A program made the position numbers and the translations under genes. Below are positions 37,600 to 49,949 of a stretch of 64,000 nucleotides of DNA, piece by piece. Under the pieces are notes generated by a model. That model did no database searches. It worked only from the letters and a program-made list of their open reading frames with translations, and was not told the DNA's origin. Every line of letters starts with the position of its first letter. Positions within the stretch are counted from its first letter, which is position 1. Source of the DNA: Raillietiella orientalis (taxonomy: Eukaryota); contig JAYWIR010000044.1 of the NCBI GenBank assembly GCA_036172245.1, positions 1,116,001 through 1,180,000 of the forward strand. Direction: 5' to 3'.

Positions 37600-38300
37600 T
37601 ATATCCGCAGTAGATGGCGTGGTTGTATCCCCACACCGTGAGCCACTGTCCGGTAGGCTACCAAGTGTTAGGAAAAATGGCAGCAGAAAACTTTCCGGAT
37701 CAAGGGAAGACAGCGTATGGAGAACCATCAAGCGCTGGGAGGATTGGTTTAGCGGGACCGTTCGAGGTTTTTACCATTCTCTTGTGAGGAACCATTCGGC
37801 AATCCACCAACCGAAAATGGAAAATGGACAGAGAATCGGCATGAGGTTCCATGGTCATCGGTTATTCGAAGAAGTGACCTATCCACCTTCCCATTAATCA
37901 CATTCACGCTCCATGTTCTAATAGCTGCACTCGGATTCACACGAACGACCACCTATCAACAACATCGGCAAGGAGCACCCTATGATAACTCCTCGGAAGT
38001 AGAACTTCATCCACAATGTGGAGTTTCGTGTACAACACTTGCAGAGTCACTGTTGGAAGCAGGAAAAATGGCGTTCTCTAAACAGAATGTGTCCTTTGGC
38101 CGGCAATTCTTGAGCAAACCATCCGGATGGCTGCATTGGAACGCGCGCTCATTGAAGGAGTTCCGAAGTGAACAGCCAATGGACAGAACAGAACTTCCTC
38201 GCCTGCAGATAGGCGAGCTAGCACGCTGGGAAGCCTGCTTCCGGGGGCATTGGAAGATTTTTCGAAGAGATTCCTCTCAGTTCATGACCTTCAACCAAAC
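37600..38300 (+). mobile_element. Tc1/mariner-like transposase remnant
   Basis: DSVWRTIKRW (HTH-like) and PMDRTELPRLQIGELARW (weakly WPP.SPDLNP..W-like). Confidence 0.3.
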
Positions 38301-38394
38301 CTAACCTACTCTCCGACTTGACCAACTCTAATCTAGCCTTTCTGAGCCCAGTCTTCCTGCCCGACCTAAATCTGCCTGATATTTCCTGCAGATC

Positions 38395-38700
38395 TTCAGA
38401 GGAGTGAACAGCAGCGGTTCCTTGCGGGTTTCTCCGGAGAAGAAACTCCTACTAGAGGATCCTTTCCAGGTTCCCTTCGAGAAGATGAAATGGAGAGGAC
38501 CACCCACCTTCCAGGGGGTATCAATCCGGAGAGAATGAAGGAGATTCCCTTCGATGAAACCAGGGTGAGAGGTGAGATCCTTCCCCTCCCGGATGGATCC
38601 CTCCCCAAGCGTGAGAGGAATGGACTCCGAGATCTTCCTGGATTCATAGGGCGGACCCCTCCTGGAGTGCCGCCTATCTTAAAGAATTACACGCACCCTC
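38395..38700 (+). mobile_element. SINE-like copy, headless, intronic
   Basis: Array units followed by CTTCCTGGATTCATAGGG and AATTACACGCACCC. Confidence 0.85.
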
Positions 38701-38749
38701 TTTGCGAGCATTGGGGTCACGCCGATCTCAAACTGGTGGAGGGTTTCGT

Positions 38750-40750
38750 TTTTCTCGACTCTCCATGCTGGAATGTGAGGGGAAGAACCAAGATCCCTCT
38801 ACTTCTTTCATTCACCAAGCTAGCCCTGTCTTCAACTGTGGAAATTTCTCTAAGCAGCAGTCCAAGATGCAGTCTCGACTTGTCTGCAGCACGGATTCGT
38901 TTCAAGGACAGGATGCCCTCCAAAATCATCAAGAATGGGAAGCCAGCATTTCACGTCACATTTTATTCGACCTGCATCACATACGCGCTCGCATCTTATC
39001 CCATTTGAAAACGGCAAAAGCACCCTGGAGAACGTTAAAATCCTCAGTGGTTAACAGTAAGGGAACTGCCTGTCTACCCAGGCCTTCATAAAGAGACTCC
39101 AGTAGTAGGTGTGTTGGCCACTCTGCTGGCAAAGCCAATAGAAGAATGCGTGCTTGGAGCCGCCATAGCTTGGAGCTCGCCTAACAGCTCTGTTTTTAAC
39201 AGCTCAGCATCATGCACGACTGCTGATCAGGTTTTGCCTGCTCTTCAGGACAATAAGGGATTTTCGAAAAGGAGATCCCGGTCTTCTACCTTCAGTCTGG
39301 AATCAGACGACTCTCCCTCAGTCACATTATTCCAGATTCAGCCAGCTCTCTTTTTCCTATCTCAACGTTTGAGGGGCTGGGACTTTTGATTCCATCCTGT
39401 GTTCATGACTTCACCCGACTGTGTCAAGAGTGTGCGAGTTTGTGGAGTGCAAGATCGGAGCAGCCGTTGAGGAGCAGCGTATTCTGTGAGAGACCGTGTG
39501 GCATCCTCCTGCGACTTCGAAGATGCGAAACTTTGGTGAGGGGAACGATCTGCATGCAGGAAACTCCAGACTCGAATGTTTTCAGTCATCCCAGCGACAT
39601 TCCTTCCCGAAGGGTGTGCAAAAGTGGAATGAATCTCATGAAGAGAGTTTCTTCCTTATCGCCATGGTTCCTCCACCAATGCCGAGGTGCTTCTGACGCG
39701 GCGTTTGCGGTACGCTCGAAAGAAGATGTCGAGCCACGACGCTTCTCCTTTGCCCTCAGCATCCCGGGCACCAGCTCGAGCGGTTACTGTCGGGTCATCG
39801 GGGCTGACTTTGGGCTTTCGAGAACGACGATGTTCTGCAAGAGCAGGGAGTTCCTATATAGGAAAAGGATCCAGCTAGCAAGTTGATAGCGCCTTCCAAG
39901 ATCTGCATTTACTGGGCGTGCCGAAGGGCTAAATGCAGAGCTGTGCTGTCGAGTCGCTTCCAGAAAGAGACCGACAAGCTTTATCCACACGTAATACCAG
40001 TAACGAATGCAGCCTTAAATCACATAAAAGGAATGAGCAAGAGGAACCAGGAGGCATTCGGACTGAGAAGTACAAGGTAGTGAACCGCTTATCCTAGTGA
40101 AGCAGATCAGGTTTGGTCAGGGCCAGAGGCCGGCTGGCTCGGGTTTGGCTCTAAGACAATCACCCACAATTGAGGGGATGCATCCATGTGCTTTGCCAGA
40201 AGGCGGTTATCCCGCAGAGCTCTCAAGAACGTGATGGTAAGGTATTGGAGGTTGTTGATGTCTTGTACTGACTCATCAGGACGTACCAGTTCGGGGCAGA
40301 TTTCCGGCTTCGCAAACCTCATGGCTTCTTGGATGAAAAGGTGAAAGGCTAACGAAGATGTCATCGGGAGAGACGAAGGAACTTCCGTTCCGCTTTTTTT
40401 TGAAAGTCCACCGATGGAAGCTACGTGCTCCCGGAAAGCGATGGATCAGGTGGAAGAGACCGGCATTGCTGCTTCATGCCCACCCATGCTTTTCGCGATT
40501 GCCCATCGACTGGCGCTCACGATCCCCGGATTTTAGTGCTAGATCTTGGCAGTGCGGCACGGAGCTGCCGCGTTCTCTGACAAGTAACTCTTGCTCCAAC
40601 TTTGTTTTCCTTCTCCAAGTGGAACTTTTAAGAGGAAGGCACTTGAAGACAGAGGATGGCGTCCCCAAACCACAGTGTGTGGTAGGATGGGGGTCTACGC
40701 CAGCCCGAGTGGTTCTAGAGCCATAATGGCCCAAACGTTTTAGATCTCAT
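38750..40750 (-). mobile_element. Decayed hAT transposase (ZMYM1-like), intronic
   Basis: AMRFAK..RPDES..NN..FLRALRDNRLLAKHM, GCIRY..GLFL and HWW..FIPLLHTLRE occur in order. Confidence 0.5.
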
Positions 40751-41060
40751 GATAGACAGGAACCCACAAGTTGAGGTGAGACCTGAAGAAGGTACGCGGG
40801 CCTATAATACAACAGGATACTCCGCACGGTTTCTCAGATTCAGGGAATTTTCAGTCATTTTGCTGAGCGAATCCCTACAAACCGGCCTGCCTTAAGTCAC
40901 GCCTTAGAGTCAGTCTCCAATCCGTCCGGTTTAAGGTGGCCCACCCTGCAGATGAGGACTAAAATTTCTTTCCTTCCCCTCCAAAATACGACGCGGAATC
41001 CCCTTCCTGTGACGTCAGCGTGGACTGCACGGAGGTCTCTGGAAGAATGAAACGGATTAC

Positions 41061-41363
41061 CATTGATGACGAATAAATCTATGGTGGCCACCGATCCTAT
41101 GCTTTCCGAAGTGCAAGTGTAGTTTCCAGAATCGGTTTTGGTGACTCCTTTGATGGTTAGGTTGGACTGCAGATGTCCTGAGGATTCCAGTCTGTTGCTG
41201 ATTCTCAGAGACGGTGGTTTCCTCGTTATGGGGAGTCCGTTCTTGTACCAGGTGACTTCTCTCACGGTTTCGAACAGGCCTGTCACCACGCAGATCAGAT
41301 TTAGCACGCTGCCGTTCTTGACGAATCTCTCCTGAGAGTCACCGTTGATGGTGATGTAAGACG
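41061..41363 (-). CDS. dpr: Dpr/ZIG-8-family protein, exon encoding Ig2
   Basis: ASYITINGDSQERFVKNGSVLNLICVV...VTWYKNG...SNLTIKGVTKTDSGNYTC...IDLFVING is a typical Dpr Ig2 (GS.INL.C, W..NG, DSGNYTC). Acceptor tttcccAG and donor G|GTAATC are both phase 1. Confidence 0.95.
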
Positions 41364-41649
41364 CTGGGAAAGAAAGCAAACAACGATGCAGTTGCTGAAA
41401 ACGATACAGATGAGCATCATCATCAAATACATTAGACAGGTACTGCAATCAGGCGTACCAAAAATCCTTCACATCTTTTTTTTAGCTTTTCAAGTTCCCT
41501 GAAACTTTTCAGAGTTTCTTCAAAGTACGAACAAGAAGGAGCACAGAAGGAGAGGGGGGAAACATTCTAGCCATGCCAGGTTTTCCTTTTCCCACAGGAA
41601 TCCAAGCACCAACGCGCGCGATTACCGTCGGGTCGTCCGGGGGTCATTG

Positions 41650-42800
41650 GAATTTCAAGTGCAGCAATGTTCCGCAAGAGTTGGAAATTCCTAGGAGAGG
41701 CTGAAGCACCTCAGCAAGTTTGTTGATGTCGTTCAAAGTAGTCAGCACAGCTGGGACACCTATTGATCCGGCCCGCTTGGGACCCTCCGATGGACTGAGA
41801 ACAGGCCGATGGAGTCCACTCTCGTCCCAGAAGGAAACGACCAACTTTCAGTCTCAGACAACGGTGAAAAGGGACGGGACGTAGGCTTAGGTGCACACGC
41901 ACGATGGAAAGGTCCTCCCTTCAACCAGGGAGCGCACCAGCGTCTCTCGGATATCCGCCGCGGATCCGCCCTTTTCTGATGTCGGGGGAGACTGGAGGAA
42001 ACAGACCGAAAAATGCTTTCCGGAAACCGAAATCGGCTTCCCCTCCATTTGGGGTAACAGGATGCACTTCGACAGATTCTGTCCAGTGCTTTCCACCGCA
42101 GCTTCGGTCAGTAATGCTGAGGATTCAGGAGGCTGCGAGCATCGCGTGAAGATATCGCGTCATGAGCCGTTCCGAGGAGCTCTTCGTGGACGCGAGAAAC
42201 ATACAGAGGGACTAAAATTAGTGCCGCGCAGGAGTGATGGCGGTGGTCGCGAAGATCTCCGGGATACCGGCTCGGGAAGAGGACAGCGGCACGTCTGTGA
42301 CCAGCAAATCAAAAGATTCGCTCGATTCGCAGGAGGTGGACACTGGAGCGTGGCTTCCCGCCAGCTGTGACACTCGTGCGTCCATGAAGAGACGATGATG
42401 CGGAAAAATCATCAGTCTTCGTTCTGAAGAAACACTGGGAAAAGTGGTACAACTCTTTGAAAGGAACCTAGGAAGACGAAATGGTTGGGCAGAGCTCCCT
42501 CGAGTTCAGGAGTCCAGTGAACCAAGGGATGGAAGTTGCAACGCTCACGTCTCGGGCGAACCCGCGTGAAACGTGCAAAAATCCGTATGCAGCGGACCGC
42601 GCCTGGAGTCAGCTCCTTCGGGAACGGTTGGTGTGCCCGAGATGTCCGCTCCGACAGCTGGAAGCTGTGTCGAAGACTCTGAATTGAATCCAGATTCCTG
42701 GATACCGCTCTCTCCATCATCTATATTCAGAGTAGACTGAGGTGCGTACGCTGACGTCGAGTCAGCTCTCCTTCGAGAGATAACTCTTCTAGCCTTAGAA
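41650..42800 (-). mobile_element. Decayed hAT transposase (ZBED1/Ac-like), intronic
   Basis: FPVF.NED.FR.., FATTAI, STGQNLSKCIL (HTG.NL-like), AADI..PSCVCT and LAEVLQP. Confidence 0.45.
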
Positions 42801-43156
42801 TTCGCGCCAACGGCCATAACCAATTTTCCTGCTTCCTGCGAGGATCATCTCGTGGGAGTGCAGACCACCGGAGGGAACTCGGTTCAGGGCTCCGGAGGAC
42901 CGTCTCAAAACGCAAGTGAGGAATGCACGAGTGGTTTGCGCATGGCTCTCCGTTCGGATGGACTGCAGGTGGAGCTCGCATTTAAGAAGTGCCGGGCGAT
43001 TCACCCTCTTCCTGAGTGTGGGTCTTCTCAGCAATAACGCCGGAGGCGGGATAGTTTCAAAGTGACCCACCCCGCACAGGGATAAGCCGCTAGGGAAATG
43101 CTCCAAACTGAACTCTCGAGGCTGCGAAATTCGGTTTGCGAGAAAAATCGCGGCCT

Positions 43157-43747
43157 GTGTTGGCGGCTCCCTGTGGCTACAGACCCCGCGGTGGTGCAAA
43201 GCGTCACGGGTTCGAATCCCATCCAGGGAAGGATCGACTCCAGAGAAATGGGCGCATCGTGGGTTTCGATCCCCCCCTCCTTCCACGATGATGCTGGTTG
43301 GTCTCAGGTGTAATACTGGTGGAAGACGGAAACCGGATGCCCCTGTTGACTGACCGAGATTAGAAGTTGACTCTTCGGGGCTCTTTCAGGAATGAAGGAG
43401 TCGGTTCCCTCCGGTTGTTAAAATGGAATCGTACTACGGAGCTAGTTAACTCATAGAGTCGCCTACCCAGAGTGCCAAAAGTGCGCTGCTCTCTTCTGGG
43501 AGTGTTCTGCAGAGAAATTTGGAAGCGCCTCTTCAGGGCTCCCTACCAACTGTCAGAGGAATGGACTCCTTCTTCCGGAACCTTCTTGGATTCATGGGGT
43601 GGTCTTCTTCCGGAGTGCCTCCCCCATAACTTGAAGAGTTACACGCACCCACGGGTGGCGTGTTGAAGAAGAGTTTCATGGGTACATCCTAGCCTACCCT
43701 CCGCTCACCGACCGGTTCTTTAGTACTTAGCGAACCAAAAAGAAAAG
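43157..43747 (+). mobile_element. SINE-like copy with collapsed array, intronic
   Basis: B-box GGGTTCGAATCCC at ~43208, only about two array units, tail TTGAAGAGTTACACGCACCCACGGGTGG and GAACCAAAAAG. Confidence 0.85.
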
Positions 43748-44149
43748 ACACACACACACATCTTCACGTCGGACCATCCCTCGTACACGCTTAATTTGCC
43801 TTCTCATGACTGTTTTCCACGCCCTAGAATGAAATGACAGCTGAGAGAGCTCCGATTTGACGCCGTCAGAGACATCCGGATAGCTGTGTTTGAAAGAGAT
43901 CCCTGCAAATCACTACGTCATTGGCATGCGGAAGTCGGAATGTCGTGTCAAGCAGTGTACAGAGATGGAACCCATCAGAAGAAGGAAAAAAAAAAAATGG
44001 AAAATTACGAGAGAAGCAGCAGCTTCGTGTTTTTCACGGGAACGTTTCTGGGTACGCCAGGTCGGATTCCAGAACCTTTCTTCTCCGGACGCCTCGCTGC
44101 TTTCGAAGAGCGTTCGGAACGGTACGCTCCGTAAACCCCAGGGGAGTAT

Positions 44150-45400
44150 CGTGACTTTGCTCCGTGCCCTAACCGACACACTGTTCAACAGTGCAGTCTA
44201 AGAACACACAAGGGGCGACCTCGCTGATGTACCTTCGAGGAGGCACTGAAATGTTGGCACTGTTTATCGTGCTCAGATTGGGTGCCTTACCTGGGTAAGG
44301 CACCCAATGCGGACACGGAAGTAAATTCTCGCGCAACCGGGAAACTCAGGTGGCAGATAAATGAGCTTTGGAAAATGTCGCTGAATCCTAAGATGGCAAT
44401 TCTGAAAGCGAAACCAGCCTCAGTGTGCCTTACACGGCATTCGACGTGGCTGAAGAGAAATCCAAGATAGACATCCAGCAGTCCCTCGCTGCGATGATTC
44501 CTATACAAGAATCAGATCGGAAGCGATCCAGGGGGAAAGCAACACCCTTCTTATTTGTGTGCCTCCCAACTGTTCTTGATCAGATCACTTAGGCAGAGTT
44601 CTAATTTGCTGCCCTCTGCACTGCTTCTGAGGAATCTGTTGATCGTGTGATGGCGACGTGTCTCTTTCCGCCTCGATGACCTGTCCGAGTACCCTCGAGT
44701 TTTAGGTTATCCACTTGCTTGAGAACCATCGATCCTTTACCACCTTGCAGTCTCACAGATGCCTCGCGTCTTAATCTGCTGCCCATCATAGCGACAGCTT
44801 GGAAGCAGATCGGTTGATCTGTCTTGACCATGGGGCGCTGCACTCGTCTTTCATCATTTTTTTGTGCTATCATCGACGCTTTGACACAATGCTGGGAACA
44901 CGAGAGATGCTGCCTGGCAACCGAGGAACACCCAGTGAGGAAACTTTCTCCCGCAACCCTCATGTTCTGAGTAAAAATTCGCCTGATTCGTAAGTTTGAA
45001 TGCTCCTTGTTTGGTCAGGGCATTCGAAGGCTAATCTTCATGTTTCAAAACATCTCTGCTCTTGGTTCCTTCTGCATTTACCATGCCTATCAGCATCCGT
45101 ACCCAATGCTTTCTTTCCCACCCAAGTGACTTGTTGCGACGTCGCAAGCAACAAGAGACGTGATCTCTGGTGAACAAGACAAAAATGGAATCCAAGAGCT
45201 CGTTTTCATTTTTCAGGAAGGCACACTTGTAAGAGTTTTTCCTAACAACAGCAAGGAATTTCTAGAGTCCGTACGAACAGCGGACGCCCTGGAAACAACC
45301 TTGCCGCGTGATCCCGCTATCCGGGAGGAAAGCGTGCTGCTTTCTCGAAAGCAGGGTCGTAACTTTAGGAACAATCGATAGAGTTTAGGCATCCATTTTG
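44150..45400 (-). mobile_element. hAT transposase C-terminal remnant, intronic
   Basis: ASVRLQG..VDNLK and FSDIF...LSFPV..FTSVSAL (dimerisation-domain-like). Confidence 0.4.
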
Positions 45401-45939
45401 TCCTTGGTCTGTGTCAGTCAGCCGCAGTGCCCGCACTTTCGTGAACAGCAGGCCTCTTGGGATGCTGCGGTTCCGTCGGCAAAAGTTACCTCGGCAACAG
45501 CTCTCTCCGTTTTTTTTTTGACCTGACTTATTCGTCCTCACTTCCGAGTGTGACCGGAAGTCGGTGAATCCGCCGCAAATCGCGCAACCAGAGACCCGCT
45601 GCGAGTACGGCTCCCGCTTGCGGAGGGTCCGCAAGGCGTTGCAGACCTTGCGGACCCTTTGGATGCGGAGGCTATGACCTCATGCAAGCAAAGCCCCCCC
45701 CCGCCTTTGTGTGGCACAGACTTAGTAGTTAGGGAAATCCGCGGTGCAAGGGCGTTAGCAAGGTCGAGAGCAGCGAAAACCAACGCAGGAGCAGGTGAAG
45801 TCCGAAGAGGTCGGACCTCACCTGCTACGTGGAGTGCGAGTTACTTCTTGCGCTGCGTGCTTGCGGCTCGAGCGCCAAAACGTTCCGTGGGTTGGCGCCC
45901 GCCTCAATTCTCGCCGCGTTCGGGGGAAGGCGACCTCAC

Positions 45940-46150
45940 CTATGATGTTCAGCTGGAAGATTTGGCTGCGCTTCCGCTCGCTGGGTATCTGGCACTCGTA
46001 GATGCCCGAATCTTCCTGTGAGACGTTGGTGATGCTCAGCGACCACCTGCCCGTGCTGTCGCGGTGCTTGCTGTGGAAGCGCTCGTCGGATATGAACAGC
46101 ATGTCGTTCACCGCTATGATGTAGTTGTCCTTCTTCCTCAGCCAGACGAT
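45940..46150 (-). CDS. dpr: Dpr/ZIG-8-family protein, exon encoding the second half of Ig1
   Basis: IVWLRKKDNYIIAVNDMLFISDERFHSKHRDSTGRWSLSITNVSQEDSGIYECQIPSERKRSQIFQLNII matches Dpr VSWIR..D.HILTVG...Y.SDQRF...W.L.I....D.G.YECQ. Acceptor tgtttcAG phase 0, donor G|GTGAGG phase 1; both phases fit the neighbouring exons. Confidence 0.95.
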
Positions 46151-46809
46151 CTGAAACAGACAGTGGGATGGAATGTTCGGGATGATCCGGAGCTCATTTC
46201 CACCCGTGCGTGCAGCAGTCGAAAAGGTTTATATTTTATTTTATTTTTGCGCTGTGGAGACGCATCCTCGCTCCTGAGGAACTCGACGGAAACGCTCCCC
46301 CACGCCGCTCTACCAGCCACGGCCTATCTGGAAGCAAAGACGCAGTGGGAAAAGCGCCATTTTTCACTTTTATTTCTTCTGAAAGAGAAAAGTGGCTGCA
46401 GAAATAAAACGTGAAAAACGACTCTCTCCAAACATGTCTTTTTCCCGCTTGTCTTTTAAATCGCTTTCCATCACTCTGTACAGGAAATTCAAAGGCTCCC
46501 ATCCTACTTGGGGACGGGGTCGGCCAGGCGCCTACTTCCTCTGATGAGAGGAACGTCCTTGTCTCCATGACGTCAGAGCTTGCGTACTTTCCCACTTGGC
46601 GTACGCTCCCACTGATGTTCTGCGGATCCAAGAAGCGAGGATCCGGTGCGAAGAAAATTTTCACGCTTTCCGAAACCATCTGGACTGAGAACTGAGATTC
46701 TCAAGGATGACCCTCCTTCGAGGATTCGGACTGCCTCCGGAGCTTCCATTAACATTGTAGCAACTTTCTTTCCTTCTATCGAGCGTCTCTAAAACCATCT
46801 AAATTGCCA

Positions 46810-47592
46810 GCGTCGGAGGCCTTGTAGTTAAGGATTCCGCGTGTGGTACCATGGGTCGCGGGTTCGAATACTGCAGCAAAAACTGACGCTACTGCGTCAG
46901 TTTCTGGGTTGGGTGCCGAGTTTCTCCTGCAACGGCGCTGGTTGGCCGAGACATTCGGGCGTGGCCCCGGTGGTCGTTTAAGCCGGAGGCCCCCAATGGA
47001 TGGGAGTCGAGCTTCGGGTCCTTCCAGGAATCAAGGAGTGGGGAATTCCCCCGCCGGTCGTACAACGGAGAGAGGACCCCTCACCGTGGGGACCTCCCGG
47101 TTTCAAGATGGAGAAGGGGTCCTCACGGGCACCTCTCCAGTTGTTCAAAGGAGCGGACCCCCCTGTTGGGGGGTCCCTCCGAGTCGTCGCCTCTTCACAG
47201 AGTGCAAGGAAGCAAGCGAGAGCGATTCCTCTGTGGGAAGCTGCAGCACCCCTTCTGAGTTTCGGAAGCGTCCCTTCGGGGTTCTCTTCAGAGGAGTGAA
47301 CAGGAGCAGTTCCCTTGCGGGTTCCCTCCGGAGAAGAAATTCCTATGAGCAGATCCTTTCCGGGTTCCCTTCGGAGAAGTTGAAATGGAGGGAACCACCC
47401 CCCATTACGGGGGGTGTCCCTCCGGAGAGAATGAGGAAGGAGATTCCCTTCGGGGTTACCCTTCGGAGACAACCAAGGTGGGAGGTACGAGCGTGAGAGG
47501 TCCGGACTCCGAGCCCTTCCTGGATTCATAGGGCGGACCCCCATCCCGGGGTACCTCCTATCCTGAAGAATTACACGCCCCCCTGCGGGTTG
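46810..47592 (+). mobile_element. SINE-like copy, near full-length, intronic
   Basis: B-box at ~46860; clearest unit array in the window at 47271-47470; tail block to ~47590. Confidence 0.85.
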
Positions 47593-47985
47593 CCGCCAGC
47601 GGAGAGGCGTGGAAACAAAACAGTGTTTTCAATCAGCTTTCTTTCGATTCGAAACTGAGGCAACCACTCGTGATGGGTGCTTCCAACTAGCTGCGTTTGA
47701 CCTCTGGAGGGGGTGTCTCGATGCTGCAAGCCGACGTCCATTTTCCAATGGCTTCTCATCCGGTACCGGAGAGAGGACGTATCTGTTCTTCCTCCCGGAT
47801 GCGCGTAATCTCTCGGCGACACGCGTGTGGCCAAGGAAACAGCTGCGGTTGAAGGCCACGCATTCCTTTTTTGGAATGACAAGGAAAACGAATTCCAGGA
47901 AGAGGAGGAGGAGCCGAGGCGCGTTTTGCAATCAATGTGCAGTTTCGTCTGTCGGAGTCGACCTGCATAAGGTCTGCCTGCGCTG

Positions 47986-48014
<29 letters not shown>
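47986..48014. repeat. (AC)14 microsatellite
   Basis: Uninterrupted ACAC run, seen directly. Confidence 0.95.
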
Positions 48015-48017
<3 letters not shown>

Positions 48018-49949
48018 CAACGTGCACCTATTTTAAAGTGTAGTCCGTCGCGGTGGCTGCGAGCCCACTCTGCACGTGGAAAAGTTTCGAGCGAAAACCC
48101 GACCTGAATGGCAATTTCGCTTCGAGGTCCTCCGTCGATTCCGGAAGGATGCGACTGTCCCACGGACGGCGGGAAGGCGATCGTGGAGGCCGCCGCGCTC
48201 GGCCGCCCGGAGTGCAAAAGACAGAATTTTCAGGTGCCAGTCGCAGAGCGATCTTCTTCTTGCGCCGGTCGGTAAACAGGAAGGATGAAGGCTCGGGCGG
48301 GCAATCACGTGCCCAACCCGCGCTGGATGAGAATCATGGAAAGTAATTTGCGGCACAAAGACACTCGAAGAAACAAACAAACGGACGAGCAAACAAAAAA
48401 ACGGCAAACCACTCTTCGTCTGTTGTCTAAGAGGCACAAAAAAAAACAAAAAACAAATTGGCAACTTTCTTGACCAATAATAGGAGCGTGGTCTCTTGAA
48501 TTACTGTGATGATAGAAGCATTCTTAGAATTAAATGAAATAGAAGATTGAAAACCCGGGAAAACTCGGAAGCGTTTGCGACACGGCAGTCCTTTTCCGAA
48601 TATTGGGACTGACCATTTTCATTACCCCGTCCCTCTTTCGGCGCTTCTCACGATGCGGGTGTTTGGCCATACAGGTGGGAAAAAACCTGCGCGGCCAAAC
48701 CCACGTGTGCACGAAGCACTGCAAAAGCCTGCAAAAAACCCTGCATGCTCAAGAAACACCTCTGCAAGGCACTTCCTGAAACGGTTTTTTTTGACCGAAG
48801 GTGGCTGGTCGGATGGAGCAAAGGCTAACTGCAGAGGTTCTTCGGGCGCAATTGGAAACCCACGACCTCTGCAGCAGAAGCCACACTGAATTTCCGATGG
48901 CTCACCATCGGTTCGGCCGCTCCTATCTCGCGAAGAATAAAACGGCAACTCGGTAGGTTTTTGCTGATGTGGTTCTGCACGATGCATTCGCTCGTCCACA
49001 TCCTCGGCCCTCTGGTGGTCGCACGAAGCGAGCGAGCGAAACAAAGTGAGGCGCACGCATTGGGGTGCAATCGCATGATCCGACGGCTCCATTCCTTCAC
49101 TACGATTGGGCGACACGAAGATTCGCATGTGCGCAGGAGATTTAGCTCGAATCCTCCTGTTGGGAGCTGCCGTTATGAGGGCATTGAAGAAGATTCCGTT
49201 GCAACAGCTCCGCAGCAGCACGACTCAGAAAATACATTTAAGGACCGTCTTCGTTCTGAATACTCAAACTGCTGCAGGACGCTGCAAGATTATTGCGAAG
49301 GATCACGGCAGAGGTCTCGACGGAAAATGCGCTGTTTCTTTGTGACCCCGATGATCTCCGGTTTGGCACTCTGAGCACGCGGAACACGTCCAGCAAGATG
49401 TCCAGCAGCAAGGTTTCCCTCAAAGTCTCGTACGCGCTGAAGACCCCCCCCCCCATTCGTCGCAGAGCTGACGGTGACCACATTCCAGTTTCCAAAGAAC
49501 GCGAGGTCAAAGGTGACCCATGCAAGCGTCAGTGCGTCGCTGACGTATCTTTCATGGACCCGTGTTGCTCTCGGAGGTTCTCCCCACGGCGGGGTGTGGG
49601 GCTTTCCCGCTTCCGGATTTCGTGTCTTTCGCTCTGTTTTCTTTGTCTACAGCAAATGCGATCCGCTGCATTGAAGCATAAATTAGGACTTTGATGGCAT
49701 CACCGTACAAATCAAAGGACACGTGTGCGTGAGTGTCACGGAACATTTAGCTAAAGTTACCAAACGATAAAATATCATTAAACTTATCTCTGGCAAGAAA
49801 GTAATAGGATGCAGGAGGAATCAGTGAGCACAAAGGCTTGGCCAACGTACAGCGCCGCGTGGAGTCACGCGAAAAGTTCATCGAAGCATGCGGGGTTAAT
49901 GTGCTTGGTTTATTGCACAGCGGCTGGCAAGAGGGATTCAAGTAGCTCG

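Noticed and set aside
40255..40282. Hammerhead ribozyme core on minus (CUGAUGA-GUC-loop-GAC)
   Set aside because: The required GAAA is replaced by AUCA, and the site lies in a hAT coding remnant.
43165..43225. Functional tRNA genes at the GGTTCGAATCC motifs (also the isolated one at ~57732)
   Set aside because: No complete cloverleaf or acceptor stem and no T-run terminator; the motifs belong to or resemble the SINE-like head.
47271..47470. CRISPR-like repeat-spacer array
   Set aside because: Repeats are degenerate, the spacer-like parts are homologous by position across dispersed copies, there are no cas genes and the context is eukaryotic. This is an internal tandem duplication.
48900..49450. 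Additional hAT remnant (WFCTMHSL; LARILLL), and similar at 54100-55100
   Set aside because: Too few motifs to support a call.
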